DNA of 41,552 nucleotides from Eubacteriales bacterium (GCA_045597185.1 JAZODV010000190.1:1-41552); one strand, 5' to 3'; counted from the stretch's first letter, positions 18,834 through 29,358 are shown. The notes: generated by a model from the sequence alone, not told the origin. Made by a program: numbers and translations.

Positions 18834-20189
18834 TTATCCTGATATCAGGGATATATATGTCATTTGTTCATTTTTTTTCGATTTTACTCTGTCGCATATA
18901 CCGACAAAGGGAACGAACACTATGCCATCACCGTCGCAAATGATAGGTAGCTTATCGCGTATAGATAGGTCTATTTTTTGGTCGCACATAAGCTTTTTGA
19001 GACTCTTGTGCATGCCTCCCATTAGTATCCTGTCACCGGGAAGACGGTTTCTTGCATATAGGCTTCCACATATTTTATCAGATGCAATAGCCGCTGTTGT
19101 TTCGGATTTGTAAATATTTGTATGCGTATCCGAAACGTAAATTAAAAAAGTATCAGAAATTCTGTTTCCTCCCAAAACTAGCTGCACAGAAAAAGGATCT
19201 TGATTGTTCTTTTTGCTGTCGGTGTCAACGGAAATTTTGCCGTTTTCGATCACCGCGCGGCGAATACCGGGAAGCGATACCGACGAATGCGGAACGGAAT
19301 CAAGACACAAACGCGTCAGCGCTTTTAGATGAACCGTTTCAAGCTCTGTACCGAAAATTTTGATAAACACCCGATTCTTAAGCGAAGAGGGCAGGGCATT
19401 TATACGTTCTGTCGGTATTCCGTCCGTGATATTATATTCAGACAGAAATTCGTATGTGAGATTGCCAAAATATGAATCGTCTTCTCTTGCAGTGCCTGAC
19501 ATGCGGGATGCTGACGACACGACCGACGGGTTTATTTTTTTCAGCTCCGGAATGACGTTAAGACGAATTATGTTCCGCGAGCAGTCGGCTATGGCGTTTG
19601 TCGAATCGGTCACGTATCCGACGGAATTTTCCTTGCAGTAGGAAAGTATCGCGTCTTTGGACATTTTGAGTATAGGACGCACGAGATATCCGCTGCCAAA
19701 CTGTCTGACGGGTGGAATACCGCACATACCGCGCATTCCGCTTCCTCGCGTGAGGTTGAGTATAAGCGTTTCAAGATTGTCGTCGGCGTTGTGGGCTGTT
19801 GCCAGAATTTTTATTCCGTGCTCTGCCATAAGACTTTCAAAAAATTCATACCGTATACGTCTTGCAGCTGTTTCAAGCGATTCTCCCGATTCCTTTGCTA
19901 TCATCGGAACGTCGGCGGTCAGCGTAAAGAGCTTTATGCCGTATTTTTTTGCGGTCTCTTTGCAAAATTCAAGGTCGCGCAAATGCTCGTCGGGTCTTAT
20001 CAGATGATCGACGTGCGCTGCGAATACTTTTTTGGGTGAGCCGACAAATCGCACTACCATATCAAGAAGCGCAGAGGAATCCGCACCGCCGGAAAATGCA
20101 ACGAGTATTTTTTCGTTCTCCGAGAGCTCCGACAGCTTGTACGGTGATTCAAATTCCGACGGAAAAACAAAAAGATCTTTTTTCATCAT
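18834..20189 (-). CDS. tilS: tRNA(Ile)-lysidine synthase
   Basis: 451 aa with PP-loop SGGADS (AFSGGADSSAL). The ATG overlaps the dnaB TGA (ATGA at 20186-20189). Confidence 0.9.
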   Translation of the reverse strand: MMKKDLFVFPSEFESPYKLSELSENEKILVAFSGGADSSALLDMVVRFVGSPKKVFAAHVDHLIRPDEHLRDLEFCKETAKKYGIKLFTLTADVPMIAKESGESLETAARRIRYEFFESLMAEHGIKILATAHNADDNLETLILNLTRGSGMRGMCGIPPVRQFGSGYLVRPILKMSKDAILSYCKENSVGYVTDSTNAIADCSRNIIRLNVIPELKKINPSVVSSASRMSGTAREDDSYFGNLTYEFLSEYNITDGIPTERINALPSSLKNRVFIKIFGTELETVHLKALTRLCLDSVPHSSVSLPGIRRAVIENGKISVDTDSKKNNQDPFSVQLVLGGNRISDTFLIYVSDTHTNIYKSETTAAIASDKICGSLYARNRLPGDRILMGGMHKSLKKLMCDQKIDLSIRDKLPIICDGDGIVFVPFVGICDRVKSKKNEQMTYISLISG

Positions 20190-21577
20190 ATGGGACGGTT
20201 CGGGTCGTTTTCGTCAACGATCGTGCGGAACTTCGTATACTGAGGTATCCAGCCGAGCTTGACGTTTCCAAGACCGCCGTGACGGTTCTTTGCAACGACG
20301 ACCTCTGCTATCAGCGAGCCGGATTCCTTGTCTATTTCTTCGTTATAGTAGTCCTCACGGTAGAGGAACATTACCATATCTGCATCCTGCTCGATAGCAC
20401 CCGATTCACGAAGGTCGGAGAGCATCGGCTTCTGTGAGGGTCTGCCCTCAGGCTTACGCGAAAGCTGTGCGCAGCAGATTACCGGCACGTTGAAGTCCTT
20501 TGCTAAAACCTTGAGCGAACGTGAAATATCGCCCATTTCATTGACTCGGTTGTCAATACGCTTATCACTCTGCATAAGTCCGAGATAGTCTATGATAACG
20601 AGACCAAGCTCGGATTTTTTACCGTTTTTGTCTACCTTATTCATTTCCTTACGGAGCTTTGCGCGCATATTTGTGACGGTCGATTCGGTAGAATCGTCGA
20701 TAAGTATATCGCATCCTGCGAGCTTTGTCGCGGCAGTTCCTATCTTTTTGAAGTCCTCATTTGACATATCTCCCGTACGGAAACGGTGGCTGTCGACCAT
20801 TGCCTCGGTCGAGAGCATACGCGTAACTATCTGCTCACACGACATTTCGAGTGAGAAGATACATACCTTTTTGCCCGACGATATAGCGACGTTTGCGGCA
20901 ATACCGAGAGCAAAGCTAGTCTTACCCATACCGGGTCGCGCGCCGAGAATAACAAGGTCGGACTTACCCATACCGGTAAGCACTTTGTCAAGACCGGAAA
21001 AGCCTGTCATAGTACCCTGGAACGCGTTTTTGTCCTGCTTTAAGAGTGAAAGGTTATCAAAAACCGTGTTCATAATGTCGCGTATATGTCTGAATCCGCG
21101 AACATCACGTCCTTGGGCTATCTGGTATATGCGGTTCTGAGCCGAGTCGAGAATGCTTGTGACGGAATCATTTTCCGCAAAGGCATCCTCCGAGATATGA
21201 CCCGCCGCCTCGATAAGCTGACGGAGAGTACTCTTTTCCTTGATTATACGCGCGTAGTCCTTTATGTTCATAGCGTTCGGAACTATCTCGCTGAGCGTCA
21301 GAATATAATCCTGACTGCGTTCCTTGTTATAAACGCCGTTTTTGACGAGCGTATCGATAAGAGTTACGGGGTCTATTTCGTGATTTTCGTTGAAAAGCCG
21401 CTTCATTGCGGCATAGATATGAGCGTGGTCTATAAGATAGAAGTCACTTTCCTGAATTTCTCCCGCGACCTCGCTCAGCGTCTGCGGATCTATTATTATA
21501 CAGCCGAGCAGGGATTGCTCTGCTATGACCGACGACGGAAGCTGACGTGTCAGGTCTTCATCATACTGTTTTGGCAT
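20186..21577 (-). CDS. dnaB: Replicative DNA helicase
   Basis: 463 aa with an N-terminal domain (PSSVIAEQSLLGCII), Walker A GARPGMGKTSFAL, and a RecA-like C-terminal domain. No intein-sized insertion. Confidence 0.95.
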   Translation of the reverse strand: MPKQYDEDLTRQLPSSVIAEQSLLGCIIIDPQTLSEVAGEIQESDFYLIDHAHIYAAMKRLFNENHEIDPVTLIDTLVKNGVYNKERSQDYILTLSEIVPNAMNIKDYARIIKEKSTLRQLIEAAGHISEDAFAENDSVTSILDSAQNRIYQIAQGRDVRGFRHIRDIMNTVFDNLSLLKQDKNAFQGTMTGFSGLDKVLTGMGKSDLVILGARPGMGKTSFALGIAANVAISSGKKVCIFSLEMSCEQIVTRMLSTEAMVDSHRFRTGDMSNEDFKKIGTAATKLAGCDILIDDSTESTVTNMRAKLRKEMNKVDKNGKKSELGLVIIDYLGLMQSDKRIDNRVNEMGDISRSLKVLAKDFNVPVICCAQLSRKPEGRPSQKPMLSDLRESGAIEQDADMVMFLYREDYYNEEIDKESGSLIAEVVVAKNRHGGLGNVKLGWIPQYTKFRTIVDENDPNRPI

Positions 21578-21607
21578 ATGAACTCCAAGTTAGTTATTAT
21601 TTGTTGA

Positions 21608-22054
21608 TTACTTATCGCTTACCGATACGTTTATCTTTCCCGAAATTTCGGTGTAGAGCTTTACGTCGATGCTATAAAGACCGAATGCTTTGATAGGCTC
21701 GTCGAGTGTCATTTTTCTCTTGTCTATAGTGATGCCGAACTGCTTCGAGAGGGCTTCTGCTATATCCTTTGAAGTGACAGAACCATACAGTCTGCCGTCA
21801 CCGCCCGCCTGAGCCGTGATCTTGACGGTTATCTTCTGAAGCTTTTCGGAAAGTGCCTTGGCTTCTGCCTTTTCGGTGTCTATTTTGTGCTGCTTAGAGG
21901 ATTCCTTGTTTTTTATTTCGTTCATCATTTTTGCGTCTGCTGGAACCGCGAGCTTCTTTGGAAGTAAGAAGTTACGTGCATATCCGTCGGATACCTCTTT
22001 TATCTGATCTTTTTTGCCCTGTCCTTTTACATCGGCAAGAAATACTACTTTCAT
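21608..22054 (-). CDS. rplI: 50S ribosomal protein L9
   Basis: 148 aa with N-terminus [36 protein letters not shown], typical of L9. RBS aaggag upstream. Confidence 0.95.
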   Translation of the reverse strand: MKVVFLADVKGQGKKDQIKEVSDGYARNFLLPKKLAVPADAKMMNEIKNKESSKQHKIDTEKAEAKALSEKLQKITVKITAQAGGDGRLYGSVTSKDIAEALSKQFGITIDKRKMTLDEPIKAFGLYSIDVKLYTEISGKINVSVSDK

Positions 22055-22075
22055 TGCTTGTCTCCTTTTTTATGG

Positions 22076-24139
22076 TTATTTTGTGCTGTTAAGATATTCG
22101 TCTATTGCTTCTTTGAGCTGGTTTGTTGCCGAAAGCATCGGTGAACCCGAGATCTGCGCTCCCGCAGAATCGAAATGACCGCCTCCACCGAGCTTTTCAA
22201 GAATAAGCTGAACGTTTATTTTTCCGTTTGAACGCGCAGATATGCTTATGTTGCCACCTATGTCAACGAGCGCGAAGGATGCGTCTATTCCTCTGACAGT
22301 GAGAAGCTTATCCGCCGCCTTAGCCGCCGCAACTCTGTCCGATGGAGTACCGGTACCGTCGGACTTGGTTATGGCGATACGTCCTCTGTAGGTCACAACG
22401 TCACTTCCGAACTTTGCCTCTGCGAGATATTCGTCGAAGTTCTCACTAAAGAAGGTACGGGCTATCTCGGAGTTTGCGCCCTCACCTCTGAGATAAAGCG
22501 CCGCCGCGAAGGTCCTCGTGTTAGTTGAACGTGTGAAATTCTTTGTATCGACCATAATGCCCGAGAGCATCACGTTTGCCTCTTCCTTGTTGAGAGCGCC
22601 GACCGGAACGCTTTGCTCAAGCAACTCGGAAACCAGCTCGCAGGCTGATGACGCTGCGGGGTCTATATAAGCGGGAGAGATGACGTTTTCGGGAAGCTCC
22701 TCGGTCTTTCTGTGATGGTCTATAACGTATACCGTCTTTGCGTTAGCCGCTATTTCCGGCGCTTCTACTATAGAAAGATTGTTCGCATCAACGATTATAA
22801 GAAGAGTAGACGGTGTGAGCATATCGAGAGCCGATGCTGCGTCTATAAAAATATTCGCGTATTCGGGATTTGCCCGCAGTCTTTCTGTTGAGACCTTGAA
22901 GTTTTCATTTTTGAGGTCTGAGACGATACGGCAATCAACACCGCAGAACATCGACAGTCTTGTGATACCGACGCAGGCGCCGATGGAGTCAAAATCAGGA
23001 TTTTTGTGTCCCATAACGAGTACTCGGTTTGCCTGACAAATAAGAGAGCAGAGCTTTGCGGAAACGACACGGGCATGAACCGTGGTGCGCTTCTGGAGTG
23101 TTTTTGTCCGTCCTCCGAAAAAGTTGAATCCCTGCTCGTCCTTTATAGCGGCTTGGTCTCCTCCGCGCTGAAGTGCCATTTCGAGAGCCGCTGTTGCGTC
23201 TCTTTCTATTGCTGTAAGGTCGAAATCCGAGCCTGCTGGAGCGACCGCGATACCCATCGATACCGTAACAGGCATATTCGTGTCATCGTCGGAGAGCCTT
23301 ATTTCTCTTATCGAATCGAGGATAGAAAATTTATCCTTTATGCATTTGTTCAGGTTTTCCTTCGTGCAGACCATTATATAGCGGTCGCGGTCATATTCAC
23401 GGAGAACTCCGCCGAGACTTTCCGCCCATTTTTTTAGTATGAGCTCTATTTCGTTTGCCGCACGTCTGCTGCTGACCTTGACATACTGTGCTATTTCCTC
23501 AAGGTTATCAACGACGATATAGGCGACAACGGGGAGCGTTCTTTCTATTCTGCGCTTGGCACTTACAAGGTCGGTGGTATCATCGAACACGGTGAGATAG
23601 AAGTCGTGAGTATCCTCGCGACTCTTTATTTGAGCCTTGACCTTAAATGCGGTTACCGTATAGTTGCGTCCATCAAAATTAAAGGAAGTACCGTTTTTTT
23701 CCGCTGTGTTTGACACGAGCTTTTCTTCTGTAAGATTGCAGAGCCCGTACATGCTTGTACCGACCGATGCTCTTTCGGGAGAGAAGGTCGATGCGAATGC
23801 GCCGTTGTGCCAGATTATTTTTCCGGCGCCGTCGGTAAGCAGAACAGGTGTGTTTATCTGAGCAAGAAGGTCGCGAAGAGCGTTACCGTTTGCGCTGAGC
23901 TGCTTTTCTGCGGCGGACTTTGCCTTTTGATATTTGAATATGGATACCGATATCAGCGTTACTGCCGCGACATACGCTCCGAGAAGTATAATACCTACGA
24001 CTGCAGGGTCGAAGTCGGTTCCTTTGCATATAAAAATGTGAGCTGCAAAGCAGATAACACCTATCGTGATAGACCAGATAAGCGAGGTGTATTCGAGGTT
24101 ACCTCGAGGGCTTCTCTTATTGCTTGAATTGTTTGACAT
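22076..24139 (-). CDS. gdpP: GdpP/YybT-type DHH-DHHA1 phosphodiesterase (c-di-AMP phosphodiesterase family)
   Basis: 687 aa with two N-terminal TM helices, a central PAS/degenerate-GGDEF-sized region, a DHH motif (VIDHHRK) and a DHHA1 GGGH motif (LGGGGHFDSAG). Conserved position upstream of rplI-dnaB. Confidence 0.85.
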   Translation of the reverse strand: MSNNSSNKRSPRGNLEYTSLIWSITIGVICFAAHIFICKGTDFDPAVVGIILLGAYVAAVTLISVSIFKYQKAKSAAEKQLSANGNALRDLLAQINTPVLLTDGAGKIIWHNGAFASTFSPERASVGTSMYGLCNLTEEKLVSNTAEKNGTSFNFDGRNYTVTAFKVKAQIKSREDTHDFYLTVFDDTTDLVSAKRRIERTLPVVAYIVVDNLEEIAQYVKVSSRRAANEIELILKKWAESLGGVLREYDRDRYIMVCTKENLNKCIKDKFSILDSIREIRLSDDDTNMPVTVSMGIAVAPAGSDFDLTAIERDATAALEMALQRGGDQAAIKDEQGFNFFGGRTKTLQKRTTVHARVVSAKLCSLICQANRVLVMGHKNPDFDSIGACVGITRLSMFCGVDCRIVSDLKNENFKVSTERLRANPEYANIFIDAASALDMLTPSTLLIIVDANNLSIVEAPEIAANAKTVYVIDHHRKTEELPENVISPAYIDPAASSACELVSELLEQSVPVGALNKEEANVMLSGIMVDTKNFTRSTNTRTFAAALYLRGEGANSEIARTFFSENFDEYLAEAKFGSDVVTYRGRIAITKSDGTGTPSDRVAAAKAADKLLTVRGIDASFALVDIGGNISISARSNGKINVQLILEKLGGGGHFDSAGAQISGSPMLSATNQLKEAIDEYLNSTK

Positions 24140-24201
24140 TTAAGACCCTACCTTTCGAGAATCAGCTTGTTTTGGCATAATTACTCATTCTATATTATAA
24201 T

Positions 24202-24230
24202 ATTATAGCATAGACAGCGCGATTTGTAAA
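24202..24230 (-). promoter_or_regulatory. SigA-type promoter for the gdpP-rplI-dnaB-tilS-hpt-ftsH unit
   Basis: On the minus strand: TTTACA (24230-24225), 17 nt spacer, TGcTATAAT (24210-24202). It lies about 60 nt upstream of the gdpP ATG. Confidence 0.6.
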
Positions 24231-24313
24231 CACTGAAATTGACGATTATGTGTATTTTTGGTGTTTTATGGATAAAAATTAAAAAAAACAGGAAAGAAAA
24301 TTTGAAATAGCTA

Positions 24314-24342
24314 TTGCAAAACGGGAAAAAGTGTGGTATAAT
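24314..24342 (+). promoter_or_regulatory. SigA-type promoter for the rimP-nusA-infB operon
   Basis: TTGCAA (24314-24319), 17 nt spacer, TGgTATAAT extended -10 (24334-24342). Confidence 0.65.
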
Positions 24343-24366
24343 CTGTGATGTAAGTGATGAGATCGT

Positions 24367-24398
24367 GAGAGTGGGCGCAAGTCCACTCTCAAGTTTTT
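24367..24398 (+). promoter_or_regulatory. Leader stem-loop with terminator-like architecture (candidate attenuator of the nusA operon)
   Basis: 10-bp stem 24367-24376 / 24381-24390 closed by a GCAA (GNRA) tetraloop, then aag and ttttt (24394-24398). It sits between the predicted transcription start (about 24350) and the rimP ATG (24425). Confidence 0.5.
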
Positions 24399-24424
24399 AA
24401 GAAAAATAAGGAAAAGGAACAACT

Positions 24425-24886
24425 ATGGCAAAAAACATAGCTGCCGCCGTTCGTGAGATAATAGCTCCGACAGCGGAGGAACTCGGTTATATTCTTTGGG
24501 ATGTCGAATATCTGCGCGAGGGAGCAGACAATATACTGAGAATAACCATCGATAGCGAAAACGGTATTTTCATTGAGGATTGCGAGAAGATGCACCGCGC
24601 TATCGACCCGATACTCGACGAAAAAGACCCTATCGCTCAGGCATACACGCTTGAGGTAAGCTCACCGGGGCTTGGACGTCAGATAAAGAACGACGAGCAG
24701 GCGGAGCGCGTACTCGGATGTGAAGTAAACGTAAAGCTGTACGCGCCCGATGAAAAAGGAAGACGCGCACTCAGTGGAGAGCTTAAAGCATACGGAAACG
24801 GATGCTTCACGATCGGAACAAATGACGGAGATATGATACTCGACGTCAAAAAAGCTGCCAAGATCTCGCTGGCAGATGAAGATTGA
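24425..24886 (+). CDS. rimP: Ribosome maturation factor RimP
   Basis: 153 aa with typical RimP N-terminal pattern (IAPTAEELGYILWDVEY...ILRITID). Conserved position upstream of nusA. Confidence 0.9.
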   Translation: MAKNIAAAVREIIAPTAEELGYILWDVEYLREGADNILRITIDSENGIFIEDCEKMHRAIDPILDEKDPIAQAYTLEVSSPGLGRQIKNDEQAERVLGCEVNVKLYAPDEKGRRALSGELKAYGNGCFTIGTNDGDMILDVKKAAKISLADED

Positions 24887-24932
24887 AAAAACAAACTCGT
24901 AAACATACAGTATTGAAAGGATAGTTCTAAAA

Positions 24933-25958
24933 ATGAACAAGGAATTTTTTGCGGCTCTTGACCTGCTTGAAAAGGAAAAGGGCATTTCGAAGGAGTACAT
25001 GCTCGAAAAGATAGAGGCAGCTCTTACGGCGGCTTATAAGAAGGAATACGGAAACAATACGAACGTACGTGTTTCCATCGATCCTGTTAAAGAGGATGTA
25101 AAGGTATATCAGCAGAAGCTGGTGGTTGAAACTGTTGAAAATCCGACAGCCGAAATATCTCTCGAGGATGCGAAAAAGATAAGCAAGAGATACGAGATCG
25201 GCAAGGTATATGAAATTGAGGTAAAGACAAAGAACTTCAGACGTCTCAGTGCTGCCGCAGCAAAGTCGGTAATCATCCAGGGCATCAGAGAGGGTGAGCG
25301 CCGCGCGGCTCAGGAGGTATACGAGAGCAAGCGCGAGGAGATAATAACCGCGACTGTAAGTAAAATAGACCGAGAGACAGGAAACGTGCTTCTTGATACA
25401 GGCACAGGATTTGCAACTCTTATAAAGTCCGAGCAGATACCGGGCGAGGAGTTTGTATACGGTCAGCGTATAAAGGTATACGTAATTGAGGTAAACAAGG
25501 AAAGCCGCGGGCCGCTTGTAACTCTTTCGAGAAACCACCCGGGTCTTGTCAGACGTATGTTTGAGCTTGAAGTACCCGAAATCGCAGACGGCGTCGTTAT
25601 GATAAAGAATATCGCGCGTGAGGCGGGCTCAAGAACCAAGATATCGGTATATTCGAGAGACGAAGAGGTAGATCCCATAGGAGCTTGTATCGGTAACCAC
25701 GGTATGCGTATCGGAGGAATCGTTGACGAGCTCGGTGGCGAGAAGATAGACATTATCAAGTACAGTGAGGTCCCAGAGGAGTATATTGCAGCGGCACTGT
25801 CGCCCGCGACGGCACGTTCCGTAACAATGCTCGACGAGCGCACCTGCAAGGTCATTGTTGATGAGACTCAGCTCTCGCTCGCTATCGGAAAAGAAGGACA
25901 GAACGCACGTCTTGCCGCAAGACTTACGGGTTGTAAGATAGACATAAAATCGGAGTAA
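24933..25958 (+). CDS. nusA: Transcription termination/antitermination factor NusA
   Basis: 341 aa with an N-terminal domain (MNKEFFAALDLLEKEKGISKE), then S1 and two KH domains (KH region GACIGNHGMRI and LAIGKEGQNARLAARLTG). Confidence 0.95.
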   Translation: MNKEFFAALDLLEKEKGISKEYMLEKIEAALTAAYKKEYGNNTNVRVSIDPVKEDVKVYQQKLVVETVENPTAEISLEDAKKISKRYEIGKVYEIEVKTKNFRRLSAAAAKSVIIQGIREGERRAAQEVYESKREEIITATVSKIDRETGNVLLDTGTGFATLIKSEQIPGEEFVYGQRIKVYVIEVNKESRGPLVTLSRNHPGLVRRMFELEVPEIADGVVMIKNIAREAGSRTKISVYSRDEEVDPIGACIGNHGMRIGGIVDELGGEKIDIIKYSEVPEEYIAAALSPATARSVTMLDERTCKVIVDETQLSLAIGKEGQNARLAARLTGCKIDIKSE

Positions 25959-25971
25959 AAATCTTAACATA

Positions 25972-26256
25972 ATGAAAAATGCAAATCAGGGTAAAGTAAA
26001 AAAGATACCCATGCGTCAGTGTCTCGGATGCGCAGAGCATAAGCCGAAGGCAGAGCTGCTCCGTGTAGTGTTGTCTCCCGACGGTAATGTGTCGCTTGAC
26101 TTTACGGGTAAGAGATCGGGTCGAGGTGCGTATATTTGCCGTGACGTGAAATGTCTCAAAAAGGCGCAGAAGAGCGCAAGGCTCGAAAAAAGTCTTGATT
26201 GCAGTATTCCGAACGAGGTATACGCAAGGCTTGAAGCCGAGCTTGCCAAAGAATGA
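25972..26256 (+). CDS. ylxR: YlxR/RnpM-family (DUF448) RNA-binding protein
   Basis: 94 aa with motif MRQCLGCAEHKPKAELLRVV...GRGAYIC. Conserved position after nusA. Confidence 0.85.
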   Translation: MKNANQGKVKKIPMRQCLGCAEHKPKAELLRVVLSPDGNVSLDFTGKRSGRGAYICRDVKCLKKAQKSARLEKSLDCSIPNEVYARLEAELAKE

Positions 26257-26582
26257 TGATGGAAAAGAAACAGCTTGATAAGCTTCTTATGACCATAGGA
26301 CTTGCCGCAAAGGCGAGACGTATCGTTCTTGGAACTGACCGTATATGTGAGTCGTTTAGAGACGCAAAAAACGCTCCGGTGCTGGTGATCGAAGCCGCAG
26401 ATACGTCGGAAAATACACATAAAAAGCTTACGGATAAGTGTAAATATTACGGGATAAGGCTCGTACGCATAGAAGCCGACACGGTCGAGCTTGGCCGCGC
26501 GGTAGGGAAGATCTCCGCAACGGCGGCGGTCGGAATAACTGACAGCGGTATTGCAAAAGCGGTATGCGCAAAGCTTGAATAA
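26253..26582 (+). CDS. ylxQ: L7Ae/L30e-family RNA-binding protein (YlxQ-like)
   Basis: 109 aa. The ATG overlaps the ylxR TGA (ATGA). Pattern LGLAAKARRIVLG...ENT.KK is typical of the family. Conserved position before infB. Confidence 0.8.
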   Translation: MMMEKKQLDKLLMTIGLAAKARRIVLGTDRICESFRDAKNAPVLVIEAADTSENTHKKLTDKCKYYGIRLVRIEADTVELGRAVGKISATAAVGITDSGIAKAVCAKLE

Positions 26583-26644
26583 GCAGATAATTGCCCAAAA
26601 ACGTAAAAACAGAGTAAATTTATAAAGGGGATTTTAGATTCAGT

Positions 26645-29296
26645 ATGGCACAAATTCAGTACAAGGTTAATCAGCTGGCAAAGGACCTTAATATTAAGAC
26701 AAAGGAAATAGTGGATATTATGTCGGGCGCGGGAATTGAGGTAAAGACTCAGTCTGCTCTTGATGCCGACGATTTTGGCGTGTTTCTCAATCTTATTACA
26801 CAGGCAAACCAGATAAACGATATTGATAAGTATCTGGACGGTGTGACATATATTCCCTCGAACAAGAAGGAAGAAGCCGAAAAGAAGGAAGAGAAGGAAG
26901 CGCCGAAGCCGGAGGAAGCAAAGCCCGAGATTAAAAAGAAGGAAGCACTGAATAACGAAGAAAAGACTGAGGAGAAAAAGGAAGTTCCGAAGCCCGAAGT
27001 AAAGTCTGAGACTAAGAAGGAAGTGCCGCCGTCAGAGCCTAAGACTCAAGCAAAAACAGCGGCACAGCAGAGAACCGAGCAGAAGCCGAGGTTTGAGCAG
27101 AAACCGAGATTTGAGCAGAAGCCCGCGCAGCAGGGACGTTCCGAAAAGCAGTTCGGACAGAAGCCGCAGGGACATCAGAATCAGTTCGGCGGTCAGCCGT
27201 TTAAGGATAAGGATAAAGAAAGTTCGCAGAGAGCACCCAAGGAAAAGTTCCAGCCTCAGATCATAACGAGAGGTCAGACTCCGAAGGGAACGGTACAGCA
27301 GAAAACTAATGCTACCCGTGTCGTTGACACCAGAGGCTCAAGCGTAGACCTTTCGAAGTACGACGAGAGACTTGATAATTTCGTACCAGATTCGGTGCGC
27401 GACGTCAAGGGCGGAAATACAAAGCTTAAAAAGGTCGCGGGGAGCAACCGTGCCGTTATGCAGAAGGATGTTGGCGGAAACCGTATGCCTCTCTCTAAGG
27501 AAGCAAAGAACAAAGCAAATAAGAAGGTACAGCAGCCCGTGAAGAAACAGCCGCTTCACATTGAGATACCCGATGAGATAACCGTCGGCGAGCTTGCGTC
27601 AAGACTTAAGGTCACGGCTGGTGAGGTCGTAAAGCGTCTTATGCTTCAGGGCATCATGGCGTCTGTAAACCAGACGATAGATTACGATACCGCATACTTT
27701 ATAGCTGACGAGCTTGGTGCTGAGGTGTCTAAGGAAGTCGTTGTCAGCATCGAGGATAAGCTCTTTGATGAAAAAGAGGATACGGCAGACGATCTCGTTG
27801 AGCGCGCTCCTGTCGTATGCGTAATGGGTCATGTTGACCACGGTAAGACTTCGCTTCTCGACGCTATAAGAAACACAAAGGTAACGGCGGGAGAGGCCGG
27901 AGGAATCACGCAGCATATCGGTGCATACCGTGTTAACGTTGGCGGTAAGGATATTACCTTCCTTGATACTCCCGGACACGAAGCATTTACGGCAATGCGT
28001 GCAAGAGGTGCGCAGGCAACGGACATTGCAATACTCGTTGTTGCGGCAGATGACGGTATCATGCCTCAGACTGTTGAAGCTATCAACCACGCAAAGCAGG
28101 CGGGCGTTCAGATAATCGTCGCTATAAATAAAATGGATAAGCCCACCGCAAATCCCGACGCGGTAATGCAGGAGCTTACAAAATATGAGCTGGTACCCGA
28201 GGAATGGGGCGGCGATGTTATGTGTGTCCCTGTTTCGGCACTCACACATAAAGGTATTGACGATCTTCTTGAAAATATTCTGCTTATCGCAGAGGTTCAG
28301 GAATATAAGGCGAATCCGAACAGACGCGCAAAGGGTGTTATCATTGAATCGAAGCTCGATAAGGGCAGAGGTCCCGTTGCCACAGTTCTCGTTCAGAACG
28401 GAACGCTTCATCCCGGAGATATAGTAATTGCGGGAACGGCTGTCGGACGTGTACGTTCGATGACCGACCATACAGGTAAGATAGTAAAGATAGCAGGACC
28501 GTCGGTTCCCGTAGAGCTTACGGGTCTCTCTGACCTTCCTGCGTCGGGTGACGACTTTATGGCAGTTGAGGACGAAAGAATGGCGCGTGAGCTTGCAGAG
28601 CAGAGACGTGCCGCCGCTAAGGAAGCAGAATTCAAGGCGAACAGCCGCGCAAGCCTTAACGACCTCTTTGCTCAGATGTCGGAGGGCGTGAAGACGCTCA
28701 ACGTTATCGTCAAGGCAGACGTTATGGGCTCTGCCGAGGCGGTAAAGCAGTCTATAGAGAAGCTCACAAACGAAGAGGTCAAGGTAAGCGTTATTCACAG
28801 CGCCGCAGGCGGAATCACAGAGGGAGACGTTACGTTTGCATCTGCTTCGAACGCAATTATTGTTGGATTTAACGTCCGTCCCGATAAAGTAGCTATCGAC
28901 AGCGCAGAGCGTCAGGGTGTTGAGATACGTACCTACCGCGTAATTTACGACTGTATCGAAGAGCTGACCGCGGCTATGAAGGGTATGCTGGCTCCTAAGT
29001 TCCGTGAGGTCATTAACGGACACGCAGAGGTCAGACAGACAATCCACGTACCGAATGTCGGAACTATCGCAGGCTCGTACGTTCAGGACGGTAAGATAGG
29101 AAGAAACAACCAGATCCGCGTACTCCGTGACGGCGTTGTTATCTTCGAGGATAAGATCTCGTCGCTTAAGAGATTTAAGGACGACGTAAGAGAGGTCGCA
29201 ACCGGCTACGAATGCGGTGTCGGTCTTGAAAAGTTCAACGACATCAAGGTCGGAGATATACTCGAAGCCTTCTTTATGGAAGAAATTGAAAGATAA
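26645..29296 (+). CDS. infB: Translation initiation factor IF-2
   Basis: 883 aa with a K/E/P/Q-rich N-terminal region and a GTPase domain ([24 protein letters not shown]). C-terminal IF-2 domains are present. Confidence 0.97.
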   Translation: MAQIQYKVNQLAKDLNIKTKEIVDIMSGAGIEVKTQSALDADDFGVFLNLITQANQINDIDKYLDGVTYIPSNKKEEAEKKEEKEAPKPEEAKPEIKKKEALNNEEKTEEKKEVPKPEVKSETKKEVPPSEPKTQAKTAAQQRTEQKPRFEQKPRFEQKPAQQGRSEKQFGQKPQGHQNQFGGQPFKDKDKESSQRAPKEKFQPQIITRGQTPKGTVQQKTNATRVVDTRGSSVDLSKYDERLDNFVPDSVRDVKGGNTKLKKVAGSNRAVMQKDVGGNRMPLSKEAKNKANKKVQQPVKKQPLHIEIPDEITVGELASRLKVTAGEVVKRLMLQGIMASVNQTIDYDTAYFIADELGAEVSKEVVVSIEDKLFDEKEDTADDLVERAPVVCVMGHVDHGKTSLLDAIRNTKVTAGEAGGITQHIGAYRVNVGGKDITFLDTPGHEAFTAMRARGAQATDIAILVVAADDGIMPQTVEAINHAKQAGVQIIVAINKMDKPTANPDAVMQELTKYELVPEEWGGDVMCVPVSALTHKGIDDLLENILLIAEVQEYKANPNRRAKGVIIESKLDKGRGPVATVLVQNGTLHPGDIVIAGTAVGRVRSMTDHTGKIVKIAGPSVPVELTGLSDLPASGDDFMAVEDERMARELAEQRRAAAKEAEFKANSRASLNDLFAQMSEGVKTLNVIVKADVMGSAEAVKQSIEKLTNEEVKVSVIHSAAGGITEGDVTFASASNAIIVGFNVRPDKVAIDSAERQGVEIRTYRVIYDCIEELTAAMKGMLAPKFREVINGHAEVRQTIHVPNVGTIAGSYVQDGKIGRNNQIRVLRDGVVIFEDKISSLKRFKDDVREVATGYECGVGLEKFNDIKVGDILEAFFMEEIER

Positions 29297-29313
29297 AACA
29301 GCAAATAAAAAAC

Positions 29314-29345
29314 CGCACCTGTGCTAACAGGTGCGATTGTCTTTG
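29314..29345 (+). terminator. Intrinsic terminator after infB
   Basis: 9-bp stem cgcacctgt (29314-29322) / acaggtgcg (29327-29335) with loop gcta. It is preceded by an A-run and followed by attgtcttt. Confidence 0.6.
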
Positions 29346-29358
29346 ATGTCGGTTTTTT

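Noticed and set aside
24140-24424. oriC in the AT-rich divergent region next to the dnaB-containing operon
   Set aside because: Only two weak 7/9 matches to the DnaA box TTATCCACA are present. There is no cluster, no dnaA or dnaN nearby, and the region is fully explained by two back-to-back promoters.
27599-29047. 482-aa ORF antisense to infB
   Set aside because: It lies entirely inside a very well-supported gene on the other strand. It is Cys/Arg/Leu/Ser-rich, has no RBS and no recognisable domain. This is typical antisense read-through of a codon-biased gene.
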